From IMG/VR virus record IMGVR_UViG_3300042400_001066: DNA of 64,000 bases. One strand, written 5' to 3'. The translations under genes were made by a program, and so were the position numbers. Under the pieces are notes generated by a model. That model was not told the DNA's origin. It was given only the letters and a program-made list of their open reading frames with translations, and did no database searches. Of this stretch, positions 8,649-19,670 are shown in pieces (positions within the stretch are counted from its first letter, which is position 1; every line of letters starts with the position of its first letter). This stretch comes from an uncultured virus (IMG/VR IMGVR_UViG_3300042400_001066) (taxonomy: Duplodnaviria; Heunggongvirae; Uroviricota; Caudoviricetes).

Positions 8649-9323
8649 ATGACAATAAGAGAAATTATAAGTGGATATAGGGTGCCTATAGACCATGGTC
8701 TTCCTTCAGATGACACAGATTTTCCTACAAAATATATCTATCACTTAATGAAGTTAGCTAGAGCTAAGTTATTATATGATAGATTAAATGACCCTAGGTT
8801 TAATTATAATTTAGCTCTACAAACTTTAGAATGTGTGGAGCTACAATTAGCAGATACTAACGAATGTTGTGAAAAGCTTCCTTCAGGATGCAAATGGTTG
8901 AAATCAAAAAACCCTATACCTGAAACTATCAATAACATGATTAACAAAGTGTATAATGATAGGGGAGACACTTACAATAGAATACTATCAGAGTCTTCCA
9001 ATTCATTTAAAAGATATTCTTTTATAGAAGAAAGTGATTTTAAATATTTGATTAAAAACAGCTATTTATTTGTACCAGATTTAGATAGCCCTCAATGGGT
9101 AAAAATTGAAGGCTTATTTTATGATGACGAAGTAATTAAAGCTACATGTGGACCAGTGTGTGATTTATTAGATACAGAGTTTCCTTTAGATAGCAGATTG
9201 GTTACAACTATGTACGCTATTATGAATGAAATGATACTGAAAGTATATCCTTTCTTTAAGAAGGATGTTACAAATGATGGTACAACTGACGATACTTTAA
9301 ATACTAATGCGAAGGGTAAGTAA
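8649..9323 (+). CDS. crAss-like tail ring/neck protein
   Basis: 224 aa with QTLECVELQLAD..ECC, YLIKNSYLF, V.IEGLF.D and DTEFPLD motifs. Precedes IHF-like and tail-tube genes as in crAss-like phages. Confidence 0.6.
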   Translation: MTIREIISGYRVPIDHGLPSDDTDFPTKYIYHLMKLARAKLLYDRLNDPRFNYNLALQTLECVELQLADTNECCEKLPSGCKWLKSKNPIPETINNMINKVYNDRGDTYNRILSESSNSFKRYSFIEESDFKYLIKNSYLFVPDLDSPQWVKIEGLFYDDEVIKATCGPVCDLLDTEFPLDSRLVTTMYAIMNEMILKVYPFFKKDVTNDGTTDDTLNTNAKGK

Positions 9324-9690
9324 TAAACCAAAATCTTTTTATTCTTTAACTAAGGCGACAAAGGATAGCAAATTTGAGGACAAGCAACTCTATAAAAGAG
9401 TTGTAGAAGAAATATTTAAAGTTGCTGGTCAAAGACTTATATATAAAAATAGAGTAAATCTTCCTGGATTAGGGGCATTTTATTTAACTGCTTATAAATC
9501 TGATAAGAAAATAGTAGATTTTGGAATGACAAAAAAATTAGGTAAAACTGTTTACTATACAAATTTTCATTCAAATAGAGTTAGATATAGAATATCTTGG
9601 GGAAAAAGTATAAGAACAAAGTATTATATTTTTAAACCATATAGATTTTTAAATAGAGAATTAGCTAAAAAAATAATAAACGATGATTAA
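9307..9690 (+). CDS. IHF/HU-like basic protein (crAss-like tail gene block)
   Basis: 127 aa, very basic, with VNLPGLGAFYL (HU/IHF-like) and YYTNFHS; syntenic position. Confidence 0.65.
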   Translation: MRRVSNKPKSFYSLTKATKDSKFEDKQLYKRVVEEIFKVAGQRLIYKNRVNLPGLGAFYLTAYKSDKKIVDFGMTKKLGKTVYYTNFHSNRVRYRISWGKSIRTKYYIFKPYRFLNRELAKKIINDD

Positions 9691-10633
9691 TATAGAATTA
9701 GTACCTATAAGCACTGTAATTGAAAACTGGAAACAAATTGCGGTATCAGAATTAAACTTTAACGAAGATCTACTCACTGAGTGGATTTTAGATGCTTATA
9801 ACGACATTGGAACCTATAAGCAATATAAAGAAAGAGTGCAGAAGCTTAAAGTAAGAAATTACAAAGCACAGCTTCCTTGTGGGTTTAGACAGTCTTTATA
9901 TGTATTGGCACAGCCTATACGACCTCAAGAAGAAGCTTTTTTCTTGACAGAGTACATTAGACAGGAACCTGGTAATGAAAACTGTACATGGGAGTATAAA
10001 AGAGTTTGTAAATGCCCTGAAGATAAACATTGTAATTGTGAACAAAACTACATAGAAACTGCAGGATATTTATTTATCAATAATCTAGAAAAAGCAAAGG
10101 GTTTCAAGTTTGCAACAGTACAAGATTTTACACAATGGTACGCTACAAACCCAAGAAAATGGGTGGTATTGCAACCTCAAAAAAATGAGGTGTCACTGTT
10201 AAATTATAGAGAATTAGGCATTCAGTTACATCCTTCACACTTTTTTACTATAGATAATGGGTACATTATAACAGACTTTAAAGAGGCTGATTTATTAATT
10301 GGATATTTGGGAATACCAATTGGGGAAGATGGTCTTCCATTAGTTCCAAATATGGGAAGTTATACAAATGCTTTAATTGCTGCGTTAGAAAGAAAGTTTG
10401 CTTATATACAATATAGAAAGAGCAGAAGCGGGGCTGATTTAAACTTTTTCCAACTATCTGATAGAGAATATTCAAAATGGAAAGTTAAAGCGAGAGAAGA
10501 CATGAATGCTCAGACATTTGAAGAAATGTGGGCTATGGGAGAAGCCACAAATCAGTTTTTGGTTCCTAACGAATATCATGGTTTAGATCAAAGAAAATCT
10601 CAGAAAATAAATAACGGATTTACAAGATATTAA
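9683..10633 (+). CDS. Tail tubular/ring protein (P22 gp4-like, crAss-type)
   Basis: 316 aa with LKVRNYKAQLPCGF, FTIDNGYIITDFKE and YLGIPIGEDGLPLVP, immediately upstream of the stabilization protein. Confidence 0.7.
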   Translation: MINIELVPISTVIENWKQIAVSELNFNEDLLTEWILDAYNDIGTYKQYKERVQKLKVRNYKAQLPCGFRQSLYVLAQPIRPQEEAFFLTEYIRQEPGNENCTWEYKRVCKCPEDKHCNCEQNYIETAGYLFINNLEKAKGFKFATVQDFTQWYATNPRKWVVLQPQKNEVSLLNYRELGIQLHPSHFFTIDNGYIITDFKEADLLIGYLGIPIGEDGLPLVPNMGSYTNALIAALERKFAYIQYRKSRSGADLNFFQLSDREYSKWKVKAREDMNAQTFEEMWAMGEATNQFLVPNEYHGLDQRKSQKINNGFTRY

Positions 10634-10644
10634 TAAGTTAAGCT

Positions 10645-13600
10645 ATGGCAGAGCAAAATAATAATAAAACAAGAAGTTTGCAAGATATAAAAAACTATAC
10701 CTTCACCAAAGGTATGAATGATGACGCTTCTCCAGAAGCACAGCCTGCAGATACCTACAGAGCAGCTTTGAATATGGTGAAAGAATCCTCTGAAGGAGAT
10801 GAGAATTTTCTCACCACAGAATATTCTAATGCATTTAGAATCAAGTTGCCTGGAAAAGTTTTACATTCTAACTTGATTAAGCAATTAAATCAAGTTGTAG
10901 TCTTCTTGCACACAAATGAAATAGGATTATATGACCCTAATTTAAATACTTATACTAAGTTATATGCTTCTCCTGGTTTAAATTTTTCAATATATATAGA
11001 TTCTGTATCTTTTACAAAAACAGAATGTGAAGATGTTGTATTAATTTTTTGGGACTCAGTAAATAGAGTGCGAAATATTAATATATCTAAATTTATAAAA
11101 GAAGGGCCTGGTGATGGTCCTGTTGAGGAATTAGAGTTATTCAAAACTGCAGACACTTGTATTAATTTAAGTGATGTAAGTTTTATAGAAAATGCTGCTT
11201 ATAATGTAGACGCAGGTGTTTATAGACCTTTTATTCAATATGAAGATGAGGATGGTAATACTACTAATTATTATATAATAAATGAAAATATACCTTTAAT
11301 AGAAGATGGTACAAATGGTACCTATGAGTACATTGATGGGAATGAGTCTAAAATTTTAAATAAAAGTATTGTACTAAAATTTGATAATGTAGACACTAAA
11401 TATCCTTTTATTAACGTAGGGTTTATAAAAACAGTTAATGGAGTGCCCACTGCTTTTATTTTTAAAAGAAAGCAACCTACAAATATTTTTTCTACAGTAA
11501 CGTATGAAGGAGATACTACTTTTATTCAAACTGTAGATATTGCAGAAGTTCTAACTAAAAGAGCTTTTTATTTATCTGCAAAAACAGGTTTAATTTATAA
11601 TAATAGTTTACTATTAGGAGGGTTAAAAGGTAAAAGAAATGTTGATTATCAACAATATGCAAATAAAATTTCTGTAAAATATGTAACAGGAAGAATTAAT
11701 TTAAGTAGAACAAAGGGATATAAAAATCCTGAACATATTATTCACCATAAGTCTTGGATGAGGGATGAAAATTATATGTTAGGTATTGTATTAGAGTTTG
11801 AAGATATGTCAGAATCTGCTGCATTTCCTTTAATAAATAAAAAATATACTCCTTTTCCTGACTTCACAGGTTCGGGAGGCCCTAGACCTGAGACAAATGA
11901 TACAAAATTATGTTGTACAGATGATAGAGTTTATTGGAAAGAAGTTAATACAGCAAAAAGAACTGCATATAATCATTTTGCAGGAGACCTTAGTGTAACA
12001 GATTTTTGTTCAGGAACTATAGATAATGATTCTAACAATATTAGATCTGAGGGTTATTTAGGTTATTTTGAATCAGAAGAAAAATATCCTGTTATATTAA
12101 GATGTGGAGCTTCTCCAGGGTCATTAGATGTTAATGATTATATGTATCCTGTAGATACTAGCACTGGAAAAGCAATAGGAAAAAATATTACATTATTTAA
12201 AATGCCAGACTCTACTATTGAGCCTTTCCACAATAATATAATAGATGATTTTGCTATTGAAGATAATAAAAATAGATTTGATAGTAAATATGATAATTTA
12301 GAAATTTATCCTTTAGGTTTAAAACTAGAGAATATAGAGTTTCCTACACTAGAAGAAACAGATGGGGTAAAAGTTACAGGATATAGAATTGTATATGTAA
12401 GGAGAGACACTTTTAATAAGTCAGTACAAGATAAAGGTTGGTTTGTTGAGATGTTTAAAAATAATCTTAATGGCACAGATTATATTTATCCTAAACATAA
12501 TGTTAATTCTGGAGCTAAGTGGGATTATTTTTCAAATCTTAGAGATAGAACTATTGAAAGCTCTAGCCCTATACAAGATTTTGTAAGAAATTGTGGGTAT
12601 GGAAAACACTATGATAATGGTATAATATTTTATGGGGGTAATACATTATCTTCTCAACTAGGAGTTAATGTTAATCACGTTAAAATAGAGCAACAATATA
12701 ATACAACAGGTTATTATATAGATTCTGTTAGAGGTCAAAATTCTGATAGGTTTAGTACTATAGGAGATAATACTTATGACCCTTCTACATTTTTAGATAA
12801 AGATGGTAGATTTAGGTCTGCTTCAATACAAATTTATAATTTATATAATTATGGATATGACCAAAAGGCGGATGGAACTTTAGATAGAAGTAGAGGCTAT
12901 TTTAATAGAACAGAAGTTATTTATCAATTTAAAAATATTTGTACAGATAACTATTCTTATGTAAATGATAATGTCATTCTTAATAAAATTTTAAACTCGG
13001 ATTTTTCTTTAGTTAATTTTTACAGAGAAAGTGGGTTTTATTTAGATTTTAATAACCCTACAGACTTATCATTTAATAAAAATTATAGAGAGTTTAATAA
13101 TCAAACTTTTACAGTATTTAGTATTACATGGGTCAATATTCCTGTTAATTCCTTTTTATCTCCAGGGCAAATTGTAACAATATCTAATTTAGGGGGTTGT
13201 AATACTAGTTCTGTATTTGGTCCAGTAGGTAGACAATTTACTGTAATAAATAGTACAACATTACAAGTAATAGGTGCTCCTTTTACTTTGGCTCAAGTTG
13301 GTTTAAGTTGTAATACTATTGACTATGATGTAAGTACTTCTAGACAATATTTTAACTCAGATTCTAGTGCAAAAAAATGTAATTGTACTAATTTATCTGA
13401 CAGTATTACAGAAAAGACAATTGTTGGAATAGGGGTAAGATTGCAGACAGCAACTTTAACATCTGATATATTAGTACCTATTCCTCCTGCTACAACTTTC
13501 CCTACAACAATAACTGATTATCCTAACGGAACAATATTTACTATTAATGCAGTGTCTCCTCCTACTGTTCCTTTTTTAGCGGGAGATAAATATAAATGGA

Positions 13601-15933
13601 ATAGTACATTAAATCAATTAGAAAAACAAAGTCCTTATTATAGTGGACCACCAGTAACTCCTATAGATACTACTTTAGATTTTAAAGCAGATACATGGGT
13701 AAATCAAACTTTTACAGCACCTCCAGGGTTAATATGGGTAGTTGATTATGCCAATTCTTTCACTCCAGGCTCTACAATAACTATTACAAATAATCCAGCA
13801 TCCCCTTTTTCAAACGGGCAAACTTTTATTGTAAAGAGTAATACTCAAATAACTTATACAGGTACATTTCCTTTGGTTGTAGGAACTTCAACCGTAACAG
13901 TGACAAACATTTCTATTAGAGTTAATGAAATGCCTGCAAGTAGCGATCAATATTTTTTAGAAAATTATTTAGACAATGCTACTTCAACAAATATTTTAAA
14001 TGATTGTAATACAGGGTATATTTACTATGGTTCCATAAAAAATAACTTACCTAGACAATATGGAAGTATTGATGATATGTTTTTTATTGATACAGGCTTG
14101 AAAGGATGTGTTGGTCAAAATAGTTTGACAGGATTTTATGGAGATAGTTATATTAATACTTTTTCTTTTGTAAGAACAGGTGTTACAGGAATGTTAGAAG
14201 ATTCTATTATAGATGATAATAGTGCTACATTTGCAGATAAATTTGACCCTAAATATACTATAAATAATATAATAGGAACAAGTAATAGGGCTTATTTATT
14301 AAATTTATACTTAGCTCAAAAAGCAAATATAACTTTATTAAACACTGTTACAGAGTCTGATGTAAATTTAGATTTAAGATATGAAGGACCTACTTTTAAT
14401 GAAGTGTATTATCCTAAATTAGCTAATGGTAAATATAAATTATTTTCCACTAGAAAAATTGAATATGCAGAAGACTGTTATTTAAATACTTATTTTTATG
14501 AACTATTTTGCAATGATAAAAATGATAATTGTACAACTAATGCAACTGAATTCATAGAATATAATGATGCCTATAGAAATTTCCATGATAATAAAATAAA
14601 CTTAAATAATGATTATAATGAATTAAATGGTATGAGATTTAATCTTATTAAACCAATTAATTCTACATATAAAACTTGTGAGTGTGATACTGAATTTGAC
14701 AATAGAATTGCAATTTCTTCTAAAGATAATCAATCTATTAGTCAATTAAATTATAGTAAATTTTTACCCAATGATTTTATTACATTACCTCATAAAGAAG
14801 GAAAGATAACTAATTTATTTAAAGAAAGCCAAGTACTTTATGCACATACCACAGATAATATTTGGAAATTACTTACATTAGAGTCAAAATTACAGGCAGA
14901 TAATAATCTAGTGTATTTAGGAACTAATAATTTATTATCCAGTCAATCTCTAGAATTATTTGCTTCTAATGAAGGATATATGGGATTACAAGATAAAAGA
15001 TTTTCATTCCAAAATAATACTGGATATTTCTTTGCAGACTTAAAAAACCAAACATTAAATCTAATGTCTGGGGGAAGGTTAGATGCTATTTCTACTTATG
15101 GTATGAACAGCTTCTTTAAAAACCAATGGAATACATACTTTAATTCTTATGGGGCTTCTACAAACTCTAATTTGCCTATTATACCTCAATCAAACCCAGA
15201 TTTGTCCACAGTGGAGATTTATTTTGGATATGATTATAGACATAAAAGACTTCTTCTAACGGATAAAACAAACGGATTTACCCTTAGTTATTACCCAGAA
15301 GATAAGGCATTTTATTCTTTCCATTCGTATCTACCAATGGCGTATCTTCAGAATAGAGACACTTTCTTTACTCAGAATGATAATTATGACGTTTATATTC
15401 ATCAAGATAACTTTAATTCTTATAGAAAATTCTATGGAGTTAACTACCCTTCTTTAATTGACGCAGTGTTTACCTATCATCCATTAGTATACACAACGCT
15501 AAATAATGTTGGTATGAAAATAGATGCCTATAAAAATGTTAACGGTCAGCTATTGATTACCAATGAAGTACCTACAAGTTTACAGGTTTGGACTAGCAGA
15601 CAACATAGTGGGGAAGTTTTCTTAAAAACTCCTATTAACGCTGATTACATGGAGAATGTTGTATTAAATAATCAATTTCACAACATAATAAATGGGGTTG
15701 TATATTGTAACAACTTGGCTAACTATGTGTTAGACGATACTATTAATTTTTTGAATGGGGATATTTTTCCAGTTCCTAATGCCAATGTAAGTTTTTCTAA
15801 GGATTGGACCCAAGTAGATAGGCTTGAGAATAATTTCTTTAACTATCGAATCAGTATAGATAACAAAGATTTAGAAAATTTAAAATTTATACTTAAATTT
15901 ACAGTTCTTAATTACAATATATCCATGCGTTAA
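10645..15933 (+). CDS. Tail stabilization/muzzle protein (P22 gp10-like, crAss-type)
   Basis: 1762 aa. N-terminal TFTKGMNDD..P..QP..TYR.A.N, KSWMRDENY.LGIV, GDSYI, and C-terminal FTLSY......YSFHSYLP. Confidence 0.75.
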   Translation: MAEQNNNKTRSLQDIKNYTFTKGMNDDASPEAQPADTYRAALNMVKESSEGDENFLTTEYSNAFRIKLPGKVLHSNLIKQLNQVVVFLHTNEIGLYDPNLNTYTKLYASPGLNFSIYIDSVSFTKTECEDVVLIFWDSVNRVRNINISKFIKEGPGDGPVEELELFKTADTCINLSDVSFIENAAYNVDAGVYRPFIQYEDEDGNTTNYYIINENIPLIEDGTNGTYEYIDGNESKILNKSIVLKFDNVDTKYPFINVGFIKTVNGVPTAFIFKRKQPTNIFSTVTYEGDTTFIQTVDIAEVLTKRAFYLSAKTGLIYNNSLLLGGLKGKRNVDYQQYANKISVKYVTGRINLSRTKGYKNPEHIIHHKSWMRDENYMLGIVLEFEDMSESAAFPLINKKYTPFPDFTGSGGPRPETNDTKLCCTDDRVYWKEVNTAKRTAYNHFAGDLSVTDFCSGTIDNDSNNIRSEGYLGYFESEEKYPVILRCGASPGSLDVNDYMYPVDTSTGKAIGKNITLFKMPDSTIEPFHNNIIDDFAIEDNKNRFDSKYDNLEIYPLGLKLENIEFPTLEETDGVKVTGYRIVYVRRDTFNKSVQDKGWFVEMFKNNLNGTDYIYPKHNVNSGAKWDYFSNLRDRTIESSSPIQDFVRNCGYGKHYDNGIIFYGGNTLSSQLGVNVNHVKIEQQYNTTGYYIDSVRGQNSDRFSTIGDNTYDPSTFLDKDGRFRSASIQIYNLYNYGYDQKADGTLDRSRGYFNRTEVIYQFKNICTDNYSYVNDNVILNKILNSDFSLVNFYRESGFYLDFNNPTDLSFNKNYREFNNQTFTVFSITWVNIPVNSFLSPGQIVTISNLGGCNTSSVFGPVGRQFTVINSTTLQVIGAPFTLAQVGLSCNTIDYDVSTSRQYFNSDSSAKKCNCTNLSDSITEKTIVGIGVRLQTATLTSDILVPIPPATTFPTTITDYPNGTIFTINAVSPPTVPFLAGDKYKWNSTLNQLEKQSPYYSGPPVTPIDTTLDFKADTWVNQTFTAPPGLIWVVDYANSFTPGSTITITNNPASPFSNGQTFIVKSNTQITYTGTFPLVVGTSTVTVTNISIRVNEMPASSDQYFLENYLDNATSTNILNDCNTGYIYYGSIKNNLPRQYGSIDDMFFIDTGLKGCVGQNSLTGFYGDSYINTFSFVRTGVTGMLEDSIIDDNSATFADKFDPKYTINNIIGTSNRAYLLNLYLAQKANITLLNTVTESDVNLDLRYEGPTFNEVYYPKLANGKYKLFSTRKIEYAEDCYLNTYFYELFCNDKNDNCTTNATEFIEYNDAYRNFHDNKINLNNDYNELNGMRFNLIKPINSTYKTCECDTEFDNRIAISSKDNQSISQLNYSKFLPNDFITLPHKEGKITNLFKESQVLYAHTTDNIWKLLTLESKLQADNNLVYLGTNNLLSSQSLELFASNEGYMGLQDKRFSFQNNTGYFFADLKNQTLNLMSGGRLDAISTYGMNSFFKNQWNTYFNSYGASTNSNLPIIPQSNPDLSTVEIYFGYDYRHKRLLLTDKTNGFTLSYYPEDKAFYSFHSYLPMAYLQNRDTFFTQNDNYDVYIHQDNFNSYRKFYGVNYPSLIDAVFTYHPLVYTTLNNVGMKIDAYKNVNGQLLITNEVPTSLQVWTSRQHSGEVFLKTPINADYMENVVLNNQFHNIINGVVYCNNLANYVLDDTINFLNGDIFPVPNANVSFSKDWTQVDRLENNFFNYRISIDNKDLENLKFILKFTVLNYNISMR

Positions 15934-18900
15934 TGGCTAAAGGTAAAAATAAACTTAATAAAACTAATTCTTCAGGGTGGTTAGATGACTACTCTGAGGA
16001 ATTGTCTATTAGTAAATATGCTAATGGAGATAGAGTTATTGACCCTTTACTTTCTCCTGGACAGCTAGCTCAATTAAATAAATTAAAAGAATTATCAAAA
16101 AAACTTCCAAAAGATGAAGAAATTCTTTTAAAACAAATGCAAAATAAAAGAGCTCAAGATAAATTATCTGTTTCAAAAGAAAAAACTACTGCTGATAAAT
16201 TAAAAAAGCTTGTTAGAGAGCCTGTTACTACATTAGCAGACCAAGCTGAATATAATAATTTTGATTTATTATTTGGTATTCCAGGAAGAGTAGGTACAGG
16301 TATATATAGTACTGTTGGTAATTTATTAACTCCTTCTACTTATCCTACATTAGGAAAAGGTGCGGTTAATTTAGTTAGTAATGCTTTAACAGATGAAAAT
16401 GTTTATGAGGGAGTTAATGAAGATGCTAGTAGAATATTAGGAGAAGGGTTAGATATTTTAGATATAATGGATATGGGAGTGGCTTTAAAGTCTTTGCCTT
16501 ATTTAAATAAAAATGTAAGTAATTTAGCACAAAGTGGACTTTCATCGTTGAGAAATAGATTGGTTGCCGCTAGATACCCAGATAAAGCAGATTTTATGTA
16601 TAGGGGGCTTAATGAAGAGGGATTTAGAGATGCTATAGAGAGTAAATTTTTTAGGAGTAAGCCAAACCCAGCCCCAAATATAGTAGAAAATACTTCTTTA
16701 AATTTGCGAAAAACATTTCCAGAATCAACACCTTACTTTACTCCAAATTTCTCTACAGCACAGTCTTATGGTAGTGATTATATAGCAAAAGTGCCAAAAG
16801 ATGTAGCAAATTGGACTCAAAGATATAAAAAATCAGATTGGTCTCAATATGCAGATAATACTATACCTATAGATAAAGGAGAAATATTGAAAAAACATTG
16901 GCTGTTAGGATACAAGCCAGTAAAATTTGAAAGCGGAGGGGAATTTAATAATTTGAATTTCAGAGACTTTTTTAGCAATGGCGGCAAGGTGCAACCATAC
17001 ATTACTAATAATCCTAATGATCCTAGATTAAAGAAGTATCAGGATAGCTTGGCTTTATTTAACGCATCCAATATGGGCAGAGTGAATAGTTTGTTAAAGC
17101 AGGGGTATAAGTACGACACAAAGGGTTCTGTTAAAAATAATAGAGAACTTACTCCGTCTCAGAAAAAGCAATATCAAAAAGCAATGGGAGTTAATCCAAA
17201 TAAGTTTTTACAGAATATAATTCAAGATGGAAACGATGGGATAAAGGATAATCGAGTAGGGGGTAAAAAAGATTTAAAAAAACAGGCTGAATTAATGCAT
17301 GGGCAAATAGCTCCTATAGAAATGGCTGATTTGTTCGATAGTTTATGGAGAAATTCAGAATATTTAAAAGGGGACTTAAAAAATCCAATGCCAGGATATG
17401 ATAAAACTGATAAAACTTACAGAAAGAACCCTAATTATGGGAAACCTTTAGCAAAAGATAAGGAGGGAGAAGTTATTAGAAATTTCTTTTCTGTGCCTAT
17501 TTACAAAAAGCCAGTTCAACCAGTTATTTTAAATATAGGGGATAACTCTACAATAAACACAACTAAAGGAAAGGTAAGTGGCAAAGTTGCTCCAAACGAT
17601 GTAAAAGGCTCCAAATTAATACAAGTTAGAAAGGAAATAAAGCCAGAAAACACTAATTTCAACGTAAATGCAAACGGAGAATTTAGCACTCCAGAAGACT
17701 ATGTGGAGTCAGTAGTTGAACAAATGCCTATTCAGCAAACTCCAGATTTCAGAAAATACCTACAACCAAAAGGCTTCTCAAGACAAGGACAAAGCGGAGA
17801 AAGACAAGGTGAAAGTTTTTATGATGCTAATGGGAAAATGACAGGGCAAATAATTAATGGACAATATGCCCCTACAGAATATGGAAAGTTTCTTGAAAGT
17901 GGAATGTCGGAAGATGAATATTTAAATCAAGTGCAAGAATTTGCTTATGGCGGAAAAATAAATAATGATATGAAGAAAAAACTTAAAAAGTATCCTGCTG
18001 GAGGCTACCTTGACTATCAAGAAGGGTATAAAGGCTTTGGAGTAGGCCCTCAACTATATCAAGATAATAGTTATTTTAGATCTATTATGCCTTCTAACAT
18101 TGAAAACATGGAAGAGGAAATTAACAAGCCAAGTGTGTTTTCAGGAATTAATAATATATTAGGTGGTATAGACCAAATAGCTAGTAAAGGTATTGGATTA
18201 GCGGGTAATTTTATGAAATCTAAAATGCCTGGAGCAATGGGAAATATGGAAGGCTATGAGGGTTTAAGTGGTGACGCTAAAAAAAGTTTTGATTTTAATA
18301 AACTTTTAAATTTTGCAGAGGGTAAAACTGGTTCAAATCTTATTGACACCGATTTAGAATCAATAGCTGGTAGAATATCTGGAGGAATGAGTGGAGATGG
18401 TCAAGTATTTGGAGGACTATTAGGAGGAGGAGGAAATAAAGGTATTTTACAAGGAATGTCTTTATTAGGTCAAAAAAATGGAGGCTATTTAAAACAATAC
18501 CAAAATGGAGGAATGATGGATATGCTACCTGTAGGGTCTCCTGAATATATTCATAAAAGTAATGTATTTCACGAAAACTATAATCCAGTTCCTAGAGTAC
18601 ATTTTACTGACGATACTACTCCTTATGATATGGGAGTTAATCTAAATGATTTAGTGAACATGAATGGGGGTAGAATAAATAAATATCAGAATGGAGGAAG
18701 TATGGATTTGCAGGGTTATTTTAATTATTTAACAAACCAAAATCAAAATAGGGTGCCTTCAAGAGCATTTAACGCTAATACTAACAGAGCTTCTTTAGGT
18801 GCATTAGAGGCTGCAAATGCAAATGATTTCTTAAATACAAAGGTAAGAAACGATAGACAAGCTTTTGAAGATGATAAGGTAGACTGGGGTTTTATGGATT

Positions 18901-19670
18901 GGTCTAAAGATATAGCTGCAGGAGGATTAGGTTTATTAAGTTCAGTGCCAGTTTTGGGAGATACTGTAAAAGATGTTGTAGGAGATTCATTTTTAACTAG
19001 AAGAGATGGTTATTCAGTTGGTAAAGGTGTTGGAAATGTAGGAATGGGTGCTGCAAAATTAGTTGCAGGTATACCTAAAGGAGATGTAAGTATGATAATG
19101 GGAGGAATAGGAGACATAGGAGAAGGAGTTGGTAGTACAGTGGGTAATTTAAATGCTAAATCTGCTATGAGAGATTATAATAAATCAGGATATGTTTCTG
19201 GGAAAAGATTAGCAAATGCGGCCACAGACTTTAATACAACTATGGGATTATCTAGTAAATTATACGGTATTGGATCATCCGCAGTAGGTTTAGCAAAAAA
19301 CCCTAGTAATAAATCCTTAAATACTTTTTTAAGTAATCAAACCCCATTCAACCGTGCAAATAAAGGACAAAATGATTTGAACTTTTTATTGGGACAATTT
19401 ATGCCAGGGTTAAACGGAGGTGGAGATACTGGGGGAGAAATGGCAATGGGAGGGTATTTAAATAACTATCAAGAAGGAGGAATGGTTTCAATGCCAGAAG
19501 ATTTCGAGATACCTAAATTCAAAAAAGGAGGACTGACTCCAAAAAAAGCTAGAGAAATTTTACATGACAAATCAGTTCATGGAAACCCTTTAACTGATAA
19601 ACAAAGAAAATATTTTGGTTACATATCATCACAAAAAAAATCTAGCGGTGGATGGCTAGATGAACTATAA
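15933..19670 (+). CDS. Virion cargo/ejection protein, modular (ART-like domain, glycine-zipper segment, xxGG motifs)
   Basis: 1245 aa. MYRG...G..DA....F...YF......A..Y ART-like region (~16600-16920), Gly-rich hydrophobic stretch (~18910-19150), and ~12 [YMFK]xxGG-type motifs. Confidence 0.6.
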   Translation: MAKGKNKLNKTNSSGWLDDYSEELSISKYANGDRVIDPLLSPGQLAQLNKLKELSKKLPKDEEILLKQMQNKRAQDKLSVSKEKTTADKLKKLVREPVTTLADQAEYNNFDLLFGIPGRVGTGIYSTVGNLLTPSTYPTLGKGAVNLVSNALTDENVYEGVNEDASRILGEGLDILDIMDMGVALKSLPYLNKNVSNLAQSGLSSLRNRLVAARYPDKADFMYRGLNEEGFRDAIESKFFRSKPNPAPNIVENTSLNLRKTFPESTPYFTPNFSTAQSYGSDYIAKVPKDVANWTQRYKKSDWSQYADNTIPIDKGEILKKHWLLGYKPVKFESGGEFNNLNFRDFFSNGGKVQPYITNNPNDPRLKKYQDSLALFNASNMGRVNSLLKQGYKYDTKGSVKNNRELTPSQKKQYQKAMGVNPNKFLQNIIQDGNDGIKDNRVGGKKDLKKQAELMHGQIAPIEMADLFDSLWRNSEYLKGDLKNPMPGYDKTDKTYRKNPNYGKPLAKDKEGEVIRNFFSVPIYKKPVQPVILNIGDNSTINTTKGKVSGKVAPNDVKGSKLIQVRKEIKPENTNFNVNANGEFSTPEDYVESVVEQMPIQQTPDFRKYLQPKGFSRQGQSGERQGESFYDANGKMTGQIINGQYAPTEYGKFLESGMSEDEYLNQVQEFAYGGKINNDMKKKLKKYPAGGYLDYQEGYKGFGVGPQLYQDNSYFRSIMPSNIENMEEEINKPSVFSGINNILGGIDQIASKGIGLAGNFMKSKMPGAMGNMEGYEGLSGDAKKSFDFNKLLNFAEGKTGSNLIDTDLESIAGRISGGMSGDGQVFGGLLGGGGNKGILQGMSLLGQKNGGYLKQYQNGGMMDMLPVGSPEYIHKSNVFHENYNPVPRVHFTDDTTPYDMGVNLNDLVNMNGGRINKYQNGGSMDLQGYFNYLTNQNQNRVPSRAFNANTNRASLGALEAANANDFLNTKVRNDRQAFEDDKVDWGFMDWSKDIAAGGLGLLSSVPVLGDTVKDVVGDSFLTRRDGYSVGKGVGNVGMGAAKLVAGIPKGDVSMIMGGIGDIGEGVGSTVGNLNAKSAMRDYNKSGYVSGKRLANAATDFNTTMGLSSKLYGIGSSAVGLAKNPSNKSLNTFLSNQTPFNRANKGQNDLNFLLGQFMPGLNGGGDTGGEMAMGGYLNNYQEGGMVSMPEDFEIPKFKKGGLTPKKAREILHDKSVHGNPLTDKQRKYFGYISSQKKSSGGWLDEL

